From contig CAWDDT010000005.1 in assembly GCA_963801165.1 (NCBI GenBank), forward strand, positions 160,001 through 224,000: a DNA stretch of 64,000 nucleotides, given 5' to 3'. Shown in pieces: positions 1-10,763 of the stretch (position 1 is the stretch's first letter; the number at the start of each line of letters is the position of its first letter). The stretch is from an uncultured bacterium. Its GTDB lineage: Bacteria > Actinomycetota > Acidimicrobiia > Spongiisociales > UBA5794. The notes below the pieces were generated by a model that had not been told where the DNA came from, made no database searches, and was given only the letters and a program-made list of their open reading frames with translations. The translations under genes and the position numbers were made by a program.

Positions 1-159
1 GAGGGCCGGTTCGCGATGTTGGCCAGGGCCAACCCGGACCACTACGACGAGCTCATGGATCTGGCACAGGAGGACATCGACAACCGGTGGCACCTCTATG
101 AGCAGATGATCCATGTGGAGAGGACGGCAGAGCTTGCCGCCGAGGAGGGAGAAGTATGA
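1..159 (+). CDS. nifJ: 3' end of pyruvate:ferredoxin (flavodoxin) oxidoreductase, partial
   Basis: Frame 1 reads EGRFAMLARANPDHYDELMDLAQEDIDNRWHLYEQM..., like PFOR C-termini. Its TGA overlaps the ATG of the DHOD-like gene that commonly accompanies PFOR. Confidence 0.7.
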   Translation, partial: EGRFAMLARANPDHYDELMDLAQEDIDNRWHLYEQMIHVERTAELAAEEGEV

Positions 160-1163
160 CCGTCGATATCTCTACGAAGTATCTCGGGCTCCAGCTGCCC
201 AACCCGCTCGTCGCCTCGGCGTCGCCGCTGACCGGCAAGCTCGAGACGCTCCTCCAGCTCGAGGAGGCGGGAGCGGCTGCAGCCGTTCTCCCGTCGCTCT
301 TCGAGGAGCAGATCGAACACGACTCGTGGGCCGTTCACGACTTGTACGAGTACGGGTCCGCTATCTCCCCCGAAGCCTTCGGCGGGTACGTGCCCGAGAT
401 GGAGAGTTACAACACAGGGCCCGAGCACTATCTCGAGCTGCTGGAGCAGGCCAAGGAGAAGCTGGAGATCCCGGTCATCGCCAGCCTCAACGGCATGTCT
501 CCCGGTGGCTGGACCAAGTACGCCAAGTACATGGAGGAGGCAGGCGCCGACGCCCTCGAGCTGAATGTCTACCGGGTGGCCACCGATGTCAATATGACCG
601 GCGGCGAGATCGAACAGAGCTACATCGATCTCGTCTCCGACGTCAAGGGGTCGATCGGGATCCCGCTTGCGGTGAAGATCTCGCCGTACTTCTCGTCGCT
701 GGCGTCGATGGCCCGGCGTCTCATCGAGGCAGGGGCCGACGGTCTTGTGTTGTTCAACCGCTTCTACCAACCGGACATCAACCTCGAGGAACTCAAGGTC
801 AAGCCCGACATCGTCCTGTCGAGCCCGGTGAACCTGCGTCTCCCGCTGCGGTGGACCGCCATCCTCAGCGGCAGGATCGACGGCTCGCTCGCAGCCAGCT
901 CTGGTGTCCACACCGGTGAGGACGTCGTCAAGCTGGTCCTGGCCGGAGCGGATGTCACCCAGATGGCATCGGCTCTGCTCAAGTACGGGCCGAGCCATCT
1001 CGCCACGGTGCTGTTCGAGATGGAGTCGTGGTTCGCCGAGCACGACTACACCTCGCTCGAGCAGGGCAAGGGCAGCCTGAGTCAGGCTCATTCCGCCGAT
1101 CCGGAATCCTTCGAGCGCACCAACTACATGCGCTCGCTGGTCAGCTACTCGTCGCGGTACTGA
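156..1163 (+). CDS. dihydroorotate dehydrogenase-like FMN protein (DHOD-like family)
   Basis: YLGLQLPNPLVASASP, VLPSLFEEQI, AVKISPYFS, LVLFNRFYQPDI, SSGVH motifs; ELNVY instead of the catalytic ELNxSCPN. Confidence 0.9.
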   Translation: MTVDISTKYLGLQLPNPLVASASPLTGKLETLLQLEEAGAAAAVLPSLFEEQIEHDSWAVHDLYEYGSAISPEAFGGYVPEMESYNTGPEHYLELLEQAKEKLEIPVIASLNGMSPGGWTKYAKYMEEAGADALELNVYRVATDVNMTGGEIEQSYIDLVSDVKGSIGIPLAVKISPYFSSLASMARRLIEAGADGLVLFNRFYQPDINLEELKVKPDIVLSSPVNLRLPLRWTAILSGRIDGSLAASSGVHTGEDVVKLVLAGADVTQMASALLKYGPSHLATVLFEMESWFAEHDYTSLEQGKGSLSQAHSADPESFERTNYMRSLVSYSSRY

Positions 1164-1199
1164 GACCTGTTGCTCTAGCCCGGTGACTCTCCCGCTAGG

Positions 1200-3446
1200 G
1201 TGCGCCGGGTGCGATCGATCGACGAGATACTTGCGTCGCTGAGCCTCGAGGAGAAGGTGGCGCAACTGTCGTGCGGCGGCCGTTGCTACGAGCTGCCGGA
1301 GTTGAGCGGTGGCAGCGTTGACGTCGAGGCCCTGCTGGTCCGATTCCCATACGGCACCGGTCAGCTCGGTCGCCCGAGCGTTGGTCGTGATCAGACGGCG
1401 GCGCGGCAGTTGACCACAGCGGTGCAGACGGCCATCCGGGAGGGGACCAGGGCTGGGATCGGCGTGCTCTTCAACGAGGAGGGGGTGCACGGCGTGATGG
1501 GTGGTGGAGCCACTGTCTTTCCCGCGGCTCTCGGTCTGGGTGCGACGTGGGATCCGGCCTTGGTCGAGGCCGTTTATGCAGCCGTGGCTCGCGAATGTCG
1601 GGCCCGGGGCAGCAACTACATATACGCTCCCGTGCTCGATCTGGCGCGCGATCCACGGTGGGGTCGGGTCGAGGAGACATTCGGTGAGGATCCCCATCAT
1701 GTGGCCACAATGGGTGTTGCCGCCGTGGTCGGCCTCGAGGGAACCGGGGATCGGATCGCACCCGATCGGGTGCTGGCCTGTGCCAAGCATTTCGTCGGGC
1801 ACGGGATGCCGCAGGCGGGCACAAACGCCGCTCCCATCACGATTGGTGAGCGCGAGTTGCGTCGCGATCACCTGCTGCCGTTCCGGACGGTGATCGACCG
1901 GGCCAACGTAGGGGCGATCATGGTCGCTTACAACGAGCTCGACGGCATCCCGATGCACAGTAACGCCCGATGGATCACCACGGTCCTGCGCGACGAGCTC
2001 GGCTTCGCCGGCATGGTCACTTCCGACGGATTCGGCATGCATCAGCTCGAGACCGTACACCGGGTCGCCCGTGACCCGGCAGATGCCGCCCTGCTGGCGT
2101 TTGCCGCCGGGATCGACTGCGAGATACCCGAGCCCATGTGCGCACCATCCCTCGTCGAGCACGTGCGCAGCGGCCGGCTCGCCACCGATGTGGTCGACCG
2201 GGCTTGCCGGAACGTGCTGACCGCCAAGGACCGCCTGGGTCTCCTGGACACCGAGGCGCAAACAGATTCCATCAGCATCGACCGCCCGGCTCATCGAGAT
2301 CTGGCACGGCGGGCCGCGGAGCGAGCAATCGTGTTGCTCACCAACGGCAGAGGACGGTTGCCGCTCGACGCCAGCTCCTCGGGCGTAATGCTCGTATGCG
2401 GTCCCAACGCCGCCCACGCCCATCTCGGCGGGTATACGGACCCGGACGCGGCCGGGTCGTCGGTTCTGGATGGCCTCCGCACACGGTTCGAGTCATGGAC
2501 CGTCGACTACGAGGAAGGATGCCGGATAACCGATGATCCGGCGGGTCCAAAGACATGGTGGCAAGACGAGATCCGACTCGCCGACCCTGCCGCAGATGAC
2601 GACCGTATGACATGCGCGGTTGCCGCCGCGGCCACGGCCGACGTTGCCGTCGTCGTGGTCGGGGGCAACGAGGCGACTCATCGGGAGGGTTGGTGGTTCG
2701 ATCACCTAGGCGACCGCGCCGAGTTGACATTGGCCGGCAGACAGGACGAGCTGATCGAGCGGATCGCCGCCACCGGGACGCCGACCGTTGCCATGGTCAT
2801 CAGCGCGGGTCCTGTCGATTTGCGGCGTGTAGTTGCCGTCGCAGATGCCGTGCTGTGGAGCTGTTATCCGGGTGAGCGGGGTGGTGAGGCAATCGCCCGC
2901 ATCCTCGCCGGGGATGCGGATCCTGCCGGACGCATCCCGGTCACCTTCCCGCGGTCGACCGGCCAGATACCCATTTACAGCGGGCGTCAACCTTCGGCGG
3001 GTCGCGGCTACTTGCACTCGGATCCTTCCCCGCTCTTTCCATTTGGATCGGGGCTGTCGTACACCAGCTTTGTGCTGGGGTCCGTGGTGGCAACCCCGAC
3101 CGAGATCACGATTGGGGAACTCGGCAACGGCGCCGCCATCGAGCTCGAGGTCGAGATCGCAAATAGCGGTTTGCGTCGTGGATCCGAGCTGATCCGGGTC
3201 CACATCCTCGACACCGTTGCTTCTGTCGCCCAGCCAAGCCGGCTCGCTGCGTTTGAGCGTGTCGAACTCACGCCCGGAGAGACAACCACCGTCGGGCTGC
3301 GGCTCGAAGAGGCAGCGTTTGCTCTCATCGATCAGGCGATGCAGAAGCGGATTGAGCCGGGCGAATTCGAGCTGAGCGTGGTCGCCGGGGATCAACACCG
3401 GAAGTTGATGATCCGGGTTCATGGTGGTCACGGGCCACCAGCGTGA
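1200..3446 (+). CDS. glycoside hydrolase family 3 (beta-glucosidase/xylosidase) with Fn3-like C-terminus
   Basis: EEGVHG, LARDPRWGRVEETFGEDP, CAKHF, TSDG nucleophile region, PLFPFGSGLSYT; no signal peptide. Confidence 0.93.
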   Translation: MRRVRSIDEILASLSLEEKVAQLSCGGRCYELPELSGGSVDVEALLVRFPYGTGQLGRPSVGRDQTAARQLTTAVQTAIREGTRAGIGVLFNEEGVHGVMGGGATVFPAALGLGATWDPALVEAVYAAVARECRARGSNYIYAPVLDLARDPRWGRVEETFGEDPHHVATMGVAAVVGLEGTGDRIAPDRVLACAKHFVGHGMPQAGTNAAPITIGERELRRDHLLPFRTVIDRANVGAIMVAYNELDGIPMHSNARWITTVLRDELGFAGMVTSDGFGMHQLETVHRVARDPADAALLAFAAGIDCEIPEPMCAPSLVEHVRSGRLATDVVDRACRNVLTAKDRLGLLDTEAQTDSISIDRPAHRDLARRAAERAIVLLTNGRGRLPLDASSSGVMLVCGPNAAHAHLGGYTDPDAAGSSVLDGLRTRFESWTVDYEEGCRITDDPAGPKTWWQDEIRLADPAADDDRMTCAVAAAATADVAVVVVGGNEATHREGWWFDHLGDRAELTLAGRQDELIERIAATGTPTVAMVISAGPVDLRRVVAVADAVLWSCYPGERGGEAIARILAGDADPAGRIPVTFPRSTGQIPIYSGRQPSAGRGYLHSDPSPLFPFGSGLSYTSFVLGSVVATPTEITIGELGNGAAIELEVEIANSGLRRGSELIRVHILDTVASVAQPSRLAAFERVELTPGETTTVGLRLEEAAFALIDQAMQKRIEPGEFELSVVAGDQHRKLMIRVHGGHGPPA

Positions 3447-3466
3447 CCACCGACGCGCATCCGTAT

Positions 3467-4010
3467 TCAGATGTCTACGGTGCCCTCTATGCAGGTGACC
3501 GAGTCACCACCGATCCAGATCGCCCCCGCATCCTCCTCGACATAGACACGCCCGTCGCGACCCAGAGCCTTGCCCTGAGCGGCGATATAGGGGGCCTGCG
3601 CCACCCCTCGGCGAGCATCCATTGCGCCAACGAGGCGTTGAGACTGCCCATCACCGGGTCCTCGCGCATGACACGATCCACCGGAAAGAACGCACGTACC
3701 TCGAACTGGGCTGATGCGCCGGGCGGGTACGGCGCCACGATGCCGATGTCGAGGGGAGCATATTCCGGCTCGATGGCCAGCACGCGATCCGGATCCTCGA
3801 TCCTGACCGCGACCCACCCTGGGCCGTTATCCACCCACGCGGCATCCACAACCTCATCCGCAGCGATGCCGAGCGATCTGATCGCCACACCAAGGGTGGC
3901 GGCGTCCAGCGGACCGCTCCGGACCAGCGGCGGCGCCTGGAATGCCAGCCTCCTGTGTAGGGATCGCAACGTGACCAGCCCGATGCCGCACTCCTGTATA
4001 ACAGCACCAC
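3467..4010 (-). pseudogene. PhzF-family epimerase, 5'-truncated and frameshifted
   Basis: QECGIGLV...LAFQAPPL...NGPGW...EVRAFF...EDPVMGSLNASLAQW in one frame; PYIAAQGKALGRDGRV...WIGG in another. The shift is at the G4 run 3604-3607. In-frame stop at 4042-4044 with no N-terminal domain. Confidence 0.8.
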
Positions 4011-4334
4011 ACCGCCCTGGTCGGCCAACCGGTGTGGCTGTTCAGCAGCGGTCCGCTGGGTACCGGTCTCGTCGACAAGGAAGGCCGCGACGTCATTGAG
4101 GCCTCCCGACCCAAGGAATTCGACGAGCTGGACGAGTTGCTCCAACCGCAGGGCGAGAGGATCTTCTTTGGCGCCTGGGACTCCGAGGCCCCGCCGGTTG
4201 GGATGGCGGTGCGATTCATGCGGCGCATGCTTAAAACCCGCCAGGCGACGCCGACCGGCGATTTCCGCGACTGGGAGGCGATCGACGAATGGGCCGCCGA
4301 AATCGCCTCCCAACTCGGGTCGGTCAAGACCTGA
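4002..4334 (+). pseudogene. flavodoxin-domain (HemG-like) protein, C-terminal fragment
   Basis: ALVGQPVWLFSSGPLG...GDFRDWEAIDEWAAEIA. In-frame TAA at 3999-4001; the N-terminal FMN-binding loop is absent. Confidence 0.75.
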
Positions 4335-4414
4335 GCACCTGACCCTGATGCCCGGTCACCGGTCGAGGGAGGCGATACCCCCGACTGGGGAGAACCCGAC
4401 CGGTTGACCCTCAC

Positions 4415-5569
4415 TCAGCGCAATAGGGTCGCAATACCCTCCACCGACGGGCTGTCGACCACCTCACCGTTCAGCACGACGCGGGCCGGTGATCCGGACG
4501 CGCTGACCACTGCAACGATACCGTTCCAATCCAGCCATGAGACGTTGTCGTCTCGTACACCGCTTATCTGCGTGCTCGAGATCTCGTCGCCGCTCGTCAA
4601 GTCGACTACGACCAGCTGGAACGGCGCCTCGCTGCGCGGTAAACCGTGCAAGAAGGACATCGACTCCCCGTCCGGGGCGATGACACCGTCACCAACCCAC
4701 ACGGTCGTCACGGCGTCAGCGGTGGCGTGATCCTGGGGATTCCCGGACAGCTCGACCGGTGACCCGTCGGCGCCGACCGTATCGAACCAGGTGAGACCCT
4801 CGGCGGATTCCATCGTGAGCAAATACGTTCCCATCGCATACGAGACGTGCACGACATAGGCGTCGGAATCTCCGACTGCGGCGACGTTCCGATCGACGCC
4901 GGTCACCATGTCGTAGACGTGGAGGTCCTGAGCAAAGGAATCCTGTCCCGGTGTGCCCGTCTCCGCCATGTACACAACCGAGGTATGCCCCGCTACCTCA
5001 GTTACCTGGAAGAGCTGGAGTCGTTGCCCCGCCGCGGGTGAGATGATTGAGGCAGGTTGAGTAGCATCGCCCGAGCACAAACTTCCCGAGTCGTTGCCCC
5101 CGAGACACAGGATATCGCTGGCGGACGTCCCGATCTGGAACACATAGCCGCCACCTCCGTCGCTGAGCGCGAGCATGATCGGCCCAACATCACCGCCACT
5201 GGCCTCCCCGCCGTCCCGGGAAACAACGATGCCGTCCCTAGAGGCCACGGCCAATCCCACGTAGTACGCCGGAGCCATGGTCGTGACCACAGGCTCCGCG
5301 GTTGTCGACGTGACCATCGAGGTCGTCGTGGTCGCCGTGGCCACCGCTGTGCTCGACACTCCGCCTAGCTCCTCGCCGCCCGGTCGGATGGACGCGACGG
5401 CTATCCCGACGGCAGCCACGCTGACGGCCATCGCCGCCCCCACCGCGGTCATGGTCAAGGCGCGACGCCGACGTCCCCTTGCGATAACGGCGTCCATCTG
5501 CCCGGGAGGTGGCACCACCCTGCCTGCCTCCGACACCAATTCGTCACGAACACGGTCTTCCAGATTCAC
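4415..5569 (-). CDS. single-pass membrane protein, putative anti-sigma factor with extracytoplasmic beta-rich domain
   Basis: GTG overlaps the sigma-factor stop (GTGA); short N-terminus, RGRRRR, TM helix, Thr-rich linker. Confidence 0.65.
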   Translation of the reverse strand: MNLEDRVRDELVSEAGRVVPPPGQMDAVIARGRRRRALTMTAVGAAMAVSVAAVGIAVASIRPGGEELGGVSSTAVATATTTTSMVTSTTAEPVVTTMAPAYYVGLAVASRDGIVVSRDGGEASGGDVGPIMLALSDGGGGYVFQIGTSASDILCLGGNDSGSLCSGDATQPASIISPAAGQRLQLFQVTEVAGHTSVVYMAETGTPGQDSFAQDLHVYDMVTGVDRNVAAVGDSDAYVVHVSYAMGTYLLTMESAEGLTWFDTVGADGSPVELSGNPQDHATADAVTTVWVGDGVIAPDGESMSFLHGLPRSEAPFQLVVVDLTSGDEISSTQISGVRDDNVSWLDWNGIVAVVSASGSPARVVLNGEVVDSPSVEGIATLLR

Positions 5570-6060
5570 GAGCTCACCTCCAAAACGTCCCGGAGCTGGA
5601 TCAGCGCACGGTGCAGCCTGCTCTTGACCGTTCCCAGACGGATCTGGAGCGTATCTGCGATCTCCTCGAGGGACATGTTGAGGAAGTAGCGCAGAACGAC
5701 AACAGCTCGCTGGTGATCGGTGAGAGCCCCGATTCCGCTTGCCAACAGCGGGTCGAAAGGATCCGGATCCCACACGGCCGGTTCGGCCATGACCTCCGCA
5801 ACCTCGCGTCGCCGCTTCCTGAGCCGGGATATCGCCCAGTTGAACCCAACCCGGTAGGCCCATCCCGCCGGGTTGTTGTACGCACGCAACCTCGCCCATC
5901 GTTGGAAGGCACGAGCCATCGCCTCGTCCGCCGCCTCGGCTGCCAGGTCGGCGTCCCGGAGTGTGATCGACAGAGCACGAACCAGGTCGTCCCGGTTGAG
6001 TCGATAGAAGTCCTCGAAGCGTGAGGGGCGGATCCTCGGCTGTAGATCGTCACGGATCAC
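5566..6060 (-). CDS. ECF RNA polymerase sigma factor (SigE-like)
   Basis: Region 2 AEAADEAMARAFQRW; region 4 QRAVVVLRYFLNMSLEEIADTLQIRLGTVKSRLHRA; GGAGG upstream of GTG 6060. Confidence 0.92.
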   Translation of the reverse strand: MIRDDLQPRIRPSRFEDFYRLNRDDLVRALSITLRDADLAAEAADEAMARAFQRWARLRAYNNPAGWAYRVGFNWAISRLRKRRREVAEVMAEPAVWDPDPFDPLLASGIGALTDHQRAVVVLRYFLNMSLEEIADTLQIRLGTVKSRLHRALIQLRDVLEVSS

Positions 6061-6279
6061 GTGTCGCGTCCTCCGACGGTTGGTGGTTGTGTCACAAACA
6101 CACGCAGAGACCGGCAATCGGGTTCCATCATCGCCCGATACTCGGCCTATCCGTACCGGCAGCTTGCCGCAGCCCCTCCCCGCATATGCTCGTTTCTGTC
6201 TCGCAGCCGTCCTCTCATCCACCCCGCGACCTTCTGCCGAAAGCCATTCGCTACCCTGACGGCAGAGCAAGGAGCAGGC

Positions 6280-6660
6280 ATGGCCACAGTCAGCGTTCGC
6301 TATATCGTCGATGACGTCGACGCCGCAATCGCCTTTTACACCACCCACCTCGACTTCACCGAGGTAATGCATCCGGCGCCTACCTTTGCGATGATCGACC
6401 GGGGCGACCTCCGCCTCCTGTTGAGCGCTCCCAGCGAACGGGGAGGTGGAGGACAGACGATGCCCGACGGTACCGCTCCCGAGCCTGGAGGCTGGAACCG
6501 GATCTCACTCCCGGTCGACGATCTCAATGCGCTGGTGGAGCGTCTCCGTGCGGAAGACGTCAGGTTTCGCAGCGACATCGTACGGGGTGTCGGCGGCGAC
6601 CAGGTCCTCCTCGAGGACCCGGCGGGCAACCCGATCGAGCTGTTCGAGTTTCACTCCTGA
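6280..6660 (+). CDS. VOC/glyoxalase family protein
   Basis: VRYIVDDVDAAIAFY, PGGWNRI, LEDPAGNPIELFE; AAGGAG RBS. Confidence 0.9.
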   Translation: MATVSVRYIVDDVDAAIAFYTTHLDFTEVMHPAPTFAMIDRGDLRLLLSAPSERGGGGQTMPDGTAPEPGGWNRISLPVDDLNALVERLRAEDVRFRSDIVRGVGGDQVLLEDPAGNPIELFEFHS

Positions 6661-6836
6661 GCAGCCGCGCGTACCGTGTCGAGGCTCGGGGCGACCGAGC
6701 GCATCGACGGCACCGACTCAACGCGAGTGACACCGATCGTGCTTGAAGCGGGTGCGGGTCCTCAGGTTGCGAGGTCACGGACGTCACCCCGATGATCAAC
6801 AACGAGGCTGACACTCGACGCCGGATCCGGGTGCGA

Positions 6837-9695
6837 TCAGTCGACGATCCCCTGCTCGTAGACCTCCATGGGCGGGCAAGCGCACACGACGTTGCGATCG
6901 CCGTAGGCACCATCGATCCGGCTCACCGGCGGCCAGTACTTGTCCTGGCGAAGCGCAGGCACCGGGAAGGCGGCAAGCTCCCGGTCGTAACCATGGGTCC
7001 AGCCGTCGGCGACGACGTCCTCAGCTGTGTGCGGGGCGTTGTGCAAGGCGCTGTCCTCCAACGGAACCGCCCCGGAGGCGATCTCATTGACCTCACCCTT
7101 GATGGCGACCATCGCCTCGATGAAGCGATCGAGCTCCTCAAGACTCTCCGACTCGGTCGGCTCGACCATGAGCGTTCCCGGTACGGGGAAGGACATCGTC
7201 GGGGCGTGGAAGCCGTAATCGATGAGCCGCTTGGCGACGTCGTCTGCGGTCACGCCGGTCTCGTGGCTGATCTCGCGGAGGTCGAGGATGCACTCATGGG
7301 CGACCAGCCCGTTGCTGCCCGTGTACAGGACCGGGTAGTGGTCGGAGAGCCGGGTAGCGATGTAGTTGGCCGACAGGATCGCTACCTCGGTCGCCTTCTC
7401 CAGCCCCGATGCCCCCATCAGGGCGATGTATGCCCACGAGATAGGCAACACCCCGGCCGAGCCCCACGGTGCCGCCGCTACGGCCCCGCTCCCGTCCCGG
7501 TATCCGTCCTGGTCGTGGACCAGTGGATGGCCGGGCAGGAACGGCTCGAGGTGTGCCTTGACCCCGATCGGGCCGACACCCGGCCCGCCACCACCGTGCG
7601 GTATGGCGAACGTCTTGTGCAGATTGAGATGCGACACGTCCCCACCGAACTCGCCCGGCTTGGCCACACCGAGCAGGGCGTTCAGGTTGGCTCCGTCGAT
7701 GTACACCTGGCCGCCGTGTTGGTGGACGACCTCGCAGATCTCACGCACCTTCTCCTCGAAGACGCCGTGGGTTGACGGGTAGGTGATCATCAGGGCGGCG
7801 AGCCTGTCGGCGTTTGCGGCGGCCTTGGCCCGCAGATCCTCGAGATCGACGTTCCCGCCGTCGTCGGTGGCGACCACCACCACCTGGAGACCCGCCATGA
7901 CGGCACTTGCCGGGTTGGTACCGTGCGCCGATGCCGGGATGAGACAGATGTTGCGATGGCCCTCGCCGCGGCTCTGGTGGTACCCCCGGATGGCCAGCAA
8001 CCCCGAGTACTCCCCCTGCGAGCCGGCGTTTGGTTGGAGCGACACGGCGTCGTAGCCGGTGGCTTCTGCCAGCCAGCGCTCCAGGTCCCCGATCATCTCG
8101 AGGTACCCGGCCGCCTGCTCCAGCGGTGCATAGGGATGGATGTTGGCAAACTCCGGCCAGGTGATCGCCGCCATCTCGGTGGCGGCGTTCAGCTTCATCG
8201 TGCACGAGCCGAGTGGGATCATCGACCGATCGAGGGCGATGTCCCGGCCCTGGAGACGGCGCAGGTATCGCATCATCTCGGTCTCGCTGCGGTAGCGATG
8301 AAACACCTCGTGGGTCATGAACTCTGAGGTGCGGCGCAGGCTCGCGGGGATACCCGATGGAGCATCGATGGCGCTGTCGGCGATGAAGAACGACTCGACG
8401 ACGGCATCGACTATTGCCTGTGTGGTCGTCTCGTCGAACGACACCCCGACGCGGTCACGGTCGACGATACGAAGGTTGATCTTGCGATCCTCGGCGGCGG
8501 CAACGACTTCTTCTGCCCGCCCGGGAACCAGCACGGTCACCGTGTCGAACCAGGTATCGTTGGCCAATTCCAGACCACCGCCGCTGAGTCGCGCCGCCAG
8601 CTGGGAGGTGAGTCGGTGCACCTCGTCGGCGATACCGGTGAGTCCTTCGGGCCCGTGCCACGCCCCGTAGAGGCCGGCCATCACCGCCAGCAGCGCCTGG
8701 GCGGTGCAGATGTTGGAGGTTGCCTTCTCGCGGCGGATGTGCTGCTCCCGGGTGGTGAGCGCCAGACGGAGCGCCATCCGGTTCTTGGTGTCGCGAGATA
8801 CGCCGACGAGCCGACCGGGCAGCGACCGCTTGTACTCGTCCCTTGTGGCCATGAACGCGGCGTGGGGACCACCGAACATCATGGGGATCCCGAAACGCTG
8901 CGACGACCCGACTGCCACGTCGGCGCCTAACTCACCAGGCGGGACGAGCAGCGTCAGTGCCAGCAGGTCGGTGGCGACCGCCACCATGACACCGCCGTCC
9001 TTGAGCCGGGCGATGAGCTCCCGGTCGTCACGGACCACGCCGGATGTGCCCGGGTATTGAAGCACAGCACCGTAGACCTGCTCCGGGTGGATCTCGGCCG
9101 GGTCGCCGACAATGACCTCGATACCGAGCGGTTCGGCCCGGGTGTGCACCACCTCGATGACCTGGGGATGGCACTCGGCATCTACGAAGAATGCCCCGCC
9201 CTTCCGCTTGCTGATACGGCGCAGCATCGTCATGGCCTCGGCAACCGCGGTTGCCTCGTCAAGAAGTGAGGCGTTGGCGATGTCGAGACCGGCGAGGTCG
9301 GCGACCATCGTCTGGAAGTTGAGCATCGCTTCGAGCCGGCCCTGTGATATCTCGGGCTGGTAAGGGGTGTACGAGGTGTACCAGCCAGGATTCTCGAGGA
9401 CGTTGCGCACGATGACCGCAGGCGGGTAGGTCCCGTAGTAGCCCTGGCCGATTAGGGAGGTAAACACCGCATTAGCGGCGCCCAGGTGGCGAAGCCGGGC
9501 GAGAACGCCGGCTTCGGAGTCGGCTTCGGGCAGGTCGAACGAGTCACGGATACGGATCGACTCGGGTACCGCGCGTGTGGTGAGATCTTCGAGCGAATCG
9601 ATGCCGACGGTCTCGAGCATCTTGGCGAGGTCGCTATCGCGAGGCCCTATGTGCCGGTCGACGAAACGGGAGATCCCGGCTGGTGGCTTGCTCAT
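6837..9695 (-). CDS. gcvP: glycine dehydrogenase (decarboxylating), P protein
   Basis: [56 protein letters not shown] lysine. Confidence 0.98.
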   Translation of the reverse strand: MSKPPAGISRFVDRHIGPRDSDLAKMLETVGIDSLEDLTTRAVPESIRIRDSFDLPEADSEAGVLARLRHLGAANAVFTSLIGQGYYGTYPPAVIVRNVLENPGWYTSYTPYQPEISQGRLEAMLNFQTMVADLAGLDIANASLLDEATAVAEAMTMLRRISKRKGGAFFVDAECHPQVIEVVHTRAEPLGIEVIVGDPAEIHPEQVYGAVLQYPGTSGVVRDDRELIARLKDGGVMVAVATDLLALTLLVPPGELGADVAVGSSQRFGIPMMFGGPHAAFMATRDEYKRSLPGRLVGVSRDTKNRMALRLALTTREQHIRREKATSNICTAQALLAVMAGLYGAWHGPEGLTGIADEVHRLTSQLAARLSGGGLELANDTWFDTVTVLVPGRAEEVVAAAEDRKINLRIVDRDRVGVSFDETTTQAIVDAVVESFFIADSAIDAPSGIPASLRRTSEFMTHEVFHRYRSETEMMRYLRRLQGRDIALDRSMIPLGSCTMKLNAATEMAAITWPEFANIHPYAPLEQAAGYLEMIGDLERWLAEATGYDAVSLQPNAGSQGEYSGLLAIRGYHQSRGEGHRNICLIPASAHGTNPASAVMAGLQVVVVATDDGGNVDLEDLRAKAAANADRLAALMITYPSTHGVFEEKVREICEVVHQHGGQVYIDGANLNALLGVAKPGEFGGDVSHLNLHKTFAIPHGGGGPGVGPIGVKAHLEPFLPGHPLVHDQDGYRDGSGAVAAAPWGSAGVLPISWAYIALMGASGLEKATEVAILSANYIATRLSDHYPVLYTGSNGLVAHECILDLREISHETGVTADDVAKRLIDYGFHAPTMSFPVPGTLMVEPTESESLEELDRFIEAMVAIKGEVNEIASGAVPLEDSALHNAPHTAEDVVADGWTHGYDRELAAFPVPALRQDKYWPPVSRIDGAYGDRNVVCACPPMEVYEQGIVD

Positions 9696-9752
9696 CTTGT
9701 CGGTACCTCCTGGACAGCGTCTGCAGGGACCGGATGCACCGATCCCCACCCC

Positions 9753-9936
9753 GCTCTGTCATCGGTACCTGAGAGATTCACCGGGCTCCCGGCTTTCCCC
9801 TTCGGCGGAGCTTCCGGCTCACTTTCCAGAGGCGCCTGATCTGTGCGGTTCACCAGCCTGAGAGTTTCCCGGGGCGGTTGCTCCTTCGGCGCCGGTCGCG
9901 GTGCTCTCGCACCCGGACCGATCTCTCCCGCACAGC
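9753..9936 (-). ncRNA. tandem glycine riboswitch upstream of gcvP
   Basis: On the minus strand, aptamer 1 GCGGGAGAG...CGCCGAAGGAGCAA...AAACTCTCAGGC and aptamer 2 CTCTGGAAAG...CGCCGAAGGGGAAA...ATCTCTCAGGTA...ACAGAG. Confidence 0.95.
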
Positions 9937-10052
9937 TTCAGCGGCTGCCCCCTGACTGTACACGAGTTGCCGGTATCGAGTCGTCCGCCGGCAACGTGTC
10001 CCAAGCGGCGAAGCTTGAGTAGGGTCGGTGTTCAACGGCAAAGGAGGACGCA

Positions 10053-10328
10053 GTAGCTGCCATTGACGTCAACGACAGAGGCAAGTTCCTGATCGAGCAC
10101 CCGGGATGGGTACTCGAGGAGGAGACCATCCGCAAGACCTTCGAGTTCACCGACTTCAACGAAGCGATGGGATTCGTGGTGCGCGTGGCATTGCTCGCAG
10201 AACCTGCCAACCATCACCCCGACATCGACATCCGCTGGAACAAGGTGACCATCGCCCTCACCACCCACAGCGAGGGCGCCCTGACCGAAAAGGACATCAC
10301 GCTCGCAAGCAAGATCGAGGCGCTCTGA
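10053..10328 (+). CDS. pterin-4-alpha-carbinolamine dehydratase (no canonical start codon; missing from the ORF track)
   Basis: PGW...IRKTFEFTDFNEAMGFV...NHHPDIDIRWNKVTIALTTHSEGALTEKD; AAGGAGG RBS followed by GTA. Confidence 0.85.
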   Translation, partial: VAAIDVNDRGKFLIEHPGWVLEEETIRKTFEFTDFNEAMGFVVRVALLAEPANHHPDIDIRWNKVTIALTTHSEGALTEKDITLASKIEAL

Positions 10329-10331
10329 GGG

Positions 10332-10739
10332 TCAACCGGCAGCCGACCATCCCGTCCAGTTCGAGACGGTGACCACGATGACCGGACCGTCAGGTCTCCG
10401 CCCCTCGTACTGGCGGTACTTCTGCTCGAGCAGGTCCAACCCGGCCTCTACCTGTGCGGCATCGACAACCGCCGCCATTCCGTCGGCCCGCACCCACCAG
10501 AGACACTCCCAATCCTCGTCGTATTCGTCGGCCACGAGCGACACGCGCGGATCGCGCTCGATGTTACGCAGACGCTGCAACCTGCGGGTGCGCTTGGGCT
10601 TGTGGTCGATCGCCGTGTAGATCCGGTCACCGGCGACGGCGAACACCACAGGTACGAGGTGCGGCCCATTAGGCCCGACCGTGCCGAGCACGGCGACCCT
10701 GGCTGCTGAGAAGCGCCCGGCGGCTTCATCGCGTTCCAT
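10332..10739 (-). CDS. PPOX-class F420-dependent oxidoreductase (TIGR03668-like)
   Basis: PHLVPVVFA, AIDHKPK, LRNIERDPRVSL, YDEDW..LWWVRADG. Confidence 0.88.
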   Translation of the reverse strand: MERDEAAGRFSAARVAVLGTVGPNGPHLVPVVFAVAGDRIYTAIDHKPKRTRRLQRLRNIERDPRVSLVADEYDEDWECLWWVRADGMAAVVDAAQVEAGLDLLEQKYRQYEGRRPDGPVIVVTVSNWTGWSAAG

Positions 10740-10763
10740 CGGAGCAAGCTACCACTCACCAGC

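Noticed and set aside
96-2423. Long antisense and alternate-frame ORFs (for example 96-2423, 22436-24094, 29989-31473, 45832-48066)
   Set aside because: Shadow ORFs expected in high-GC DNA opposite well-supported genes; no motifs
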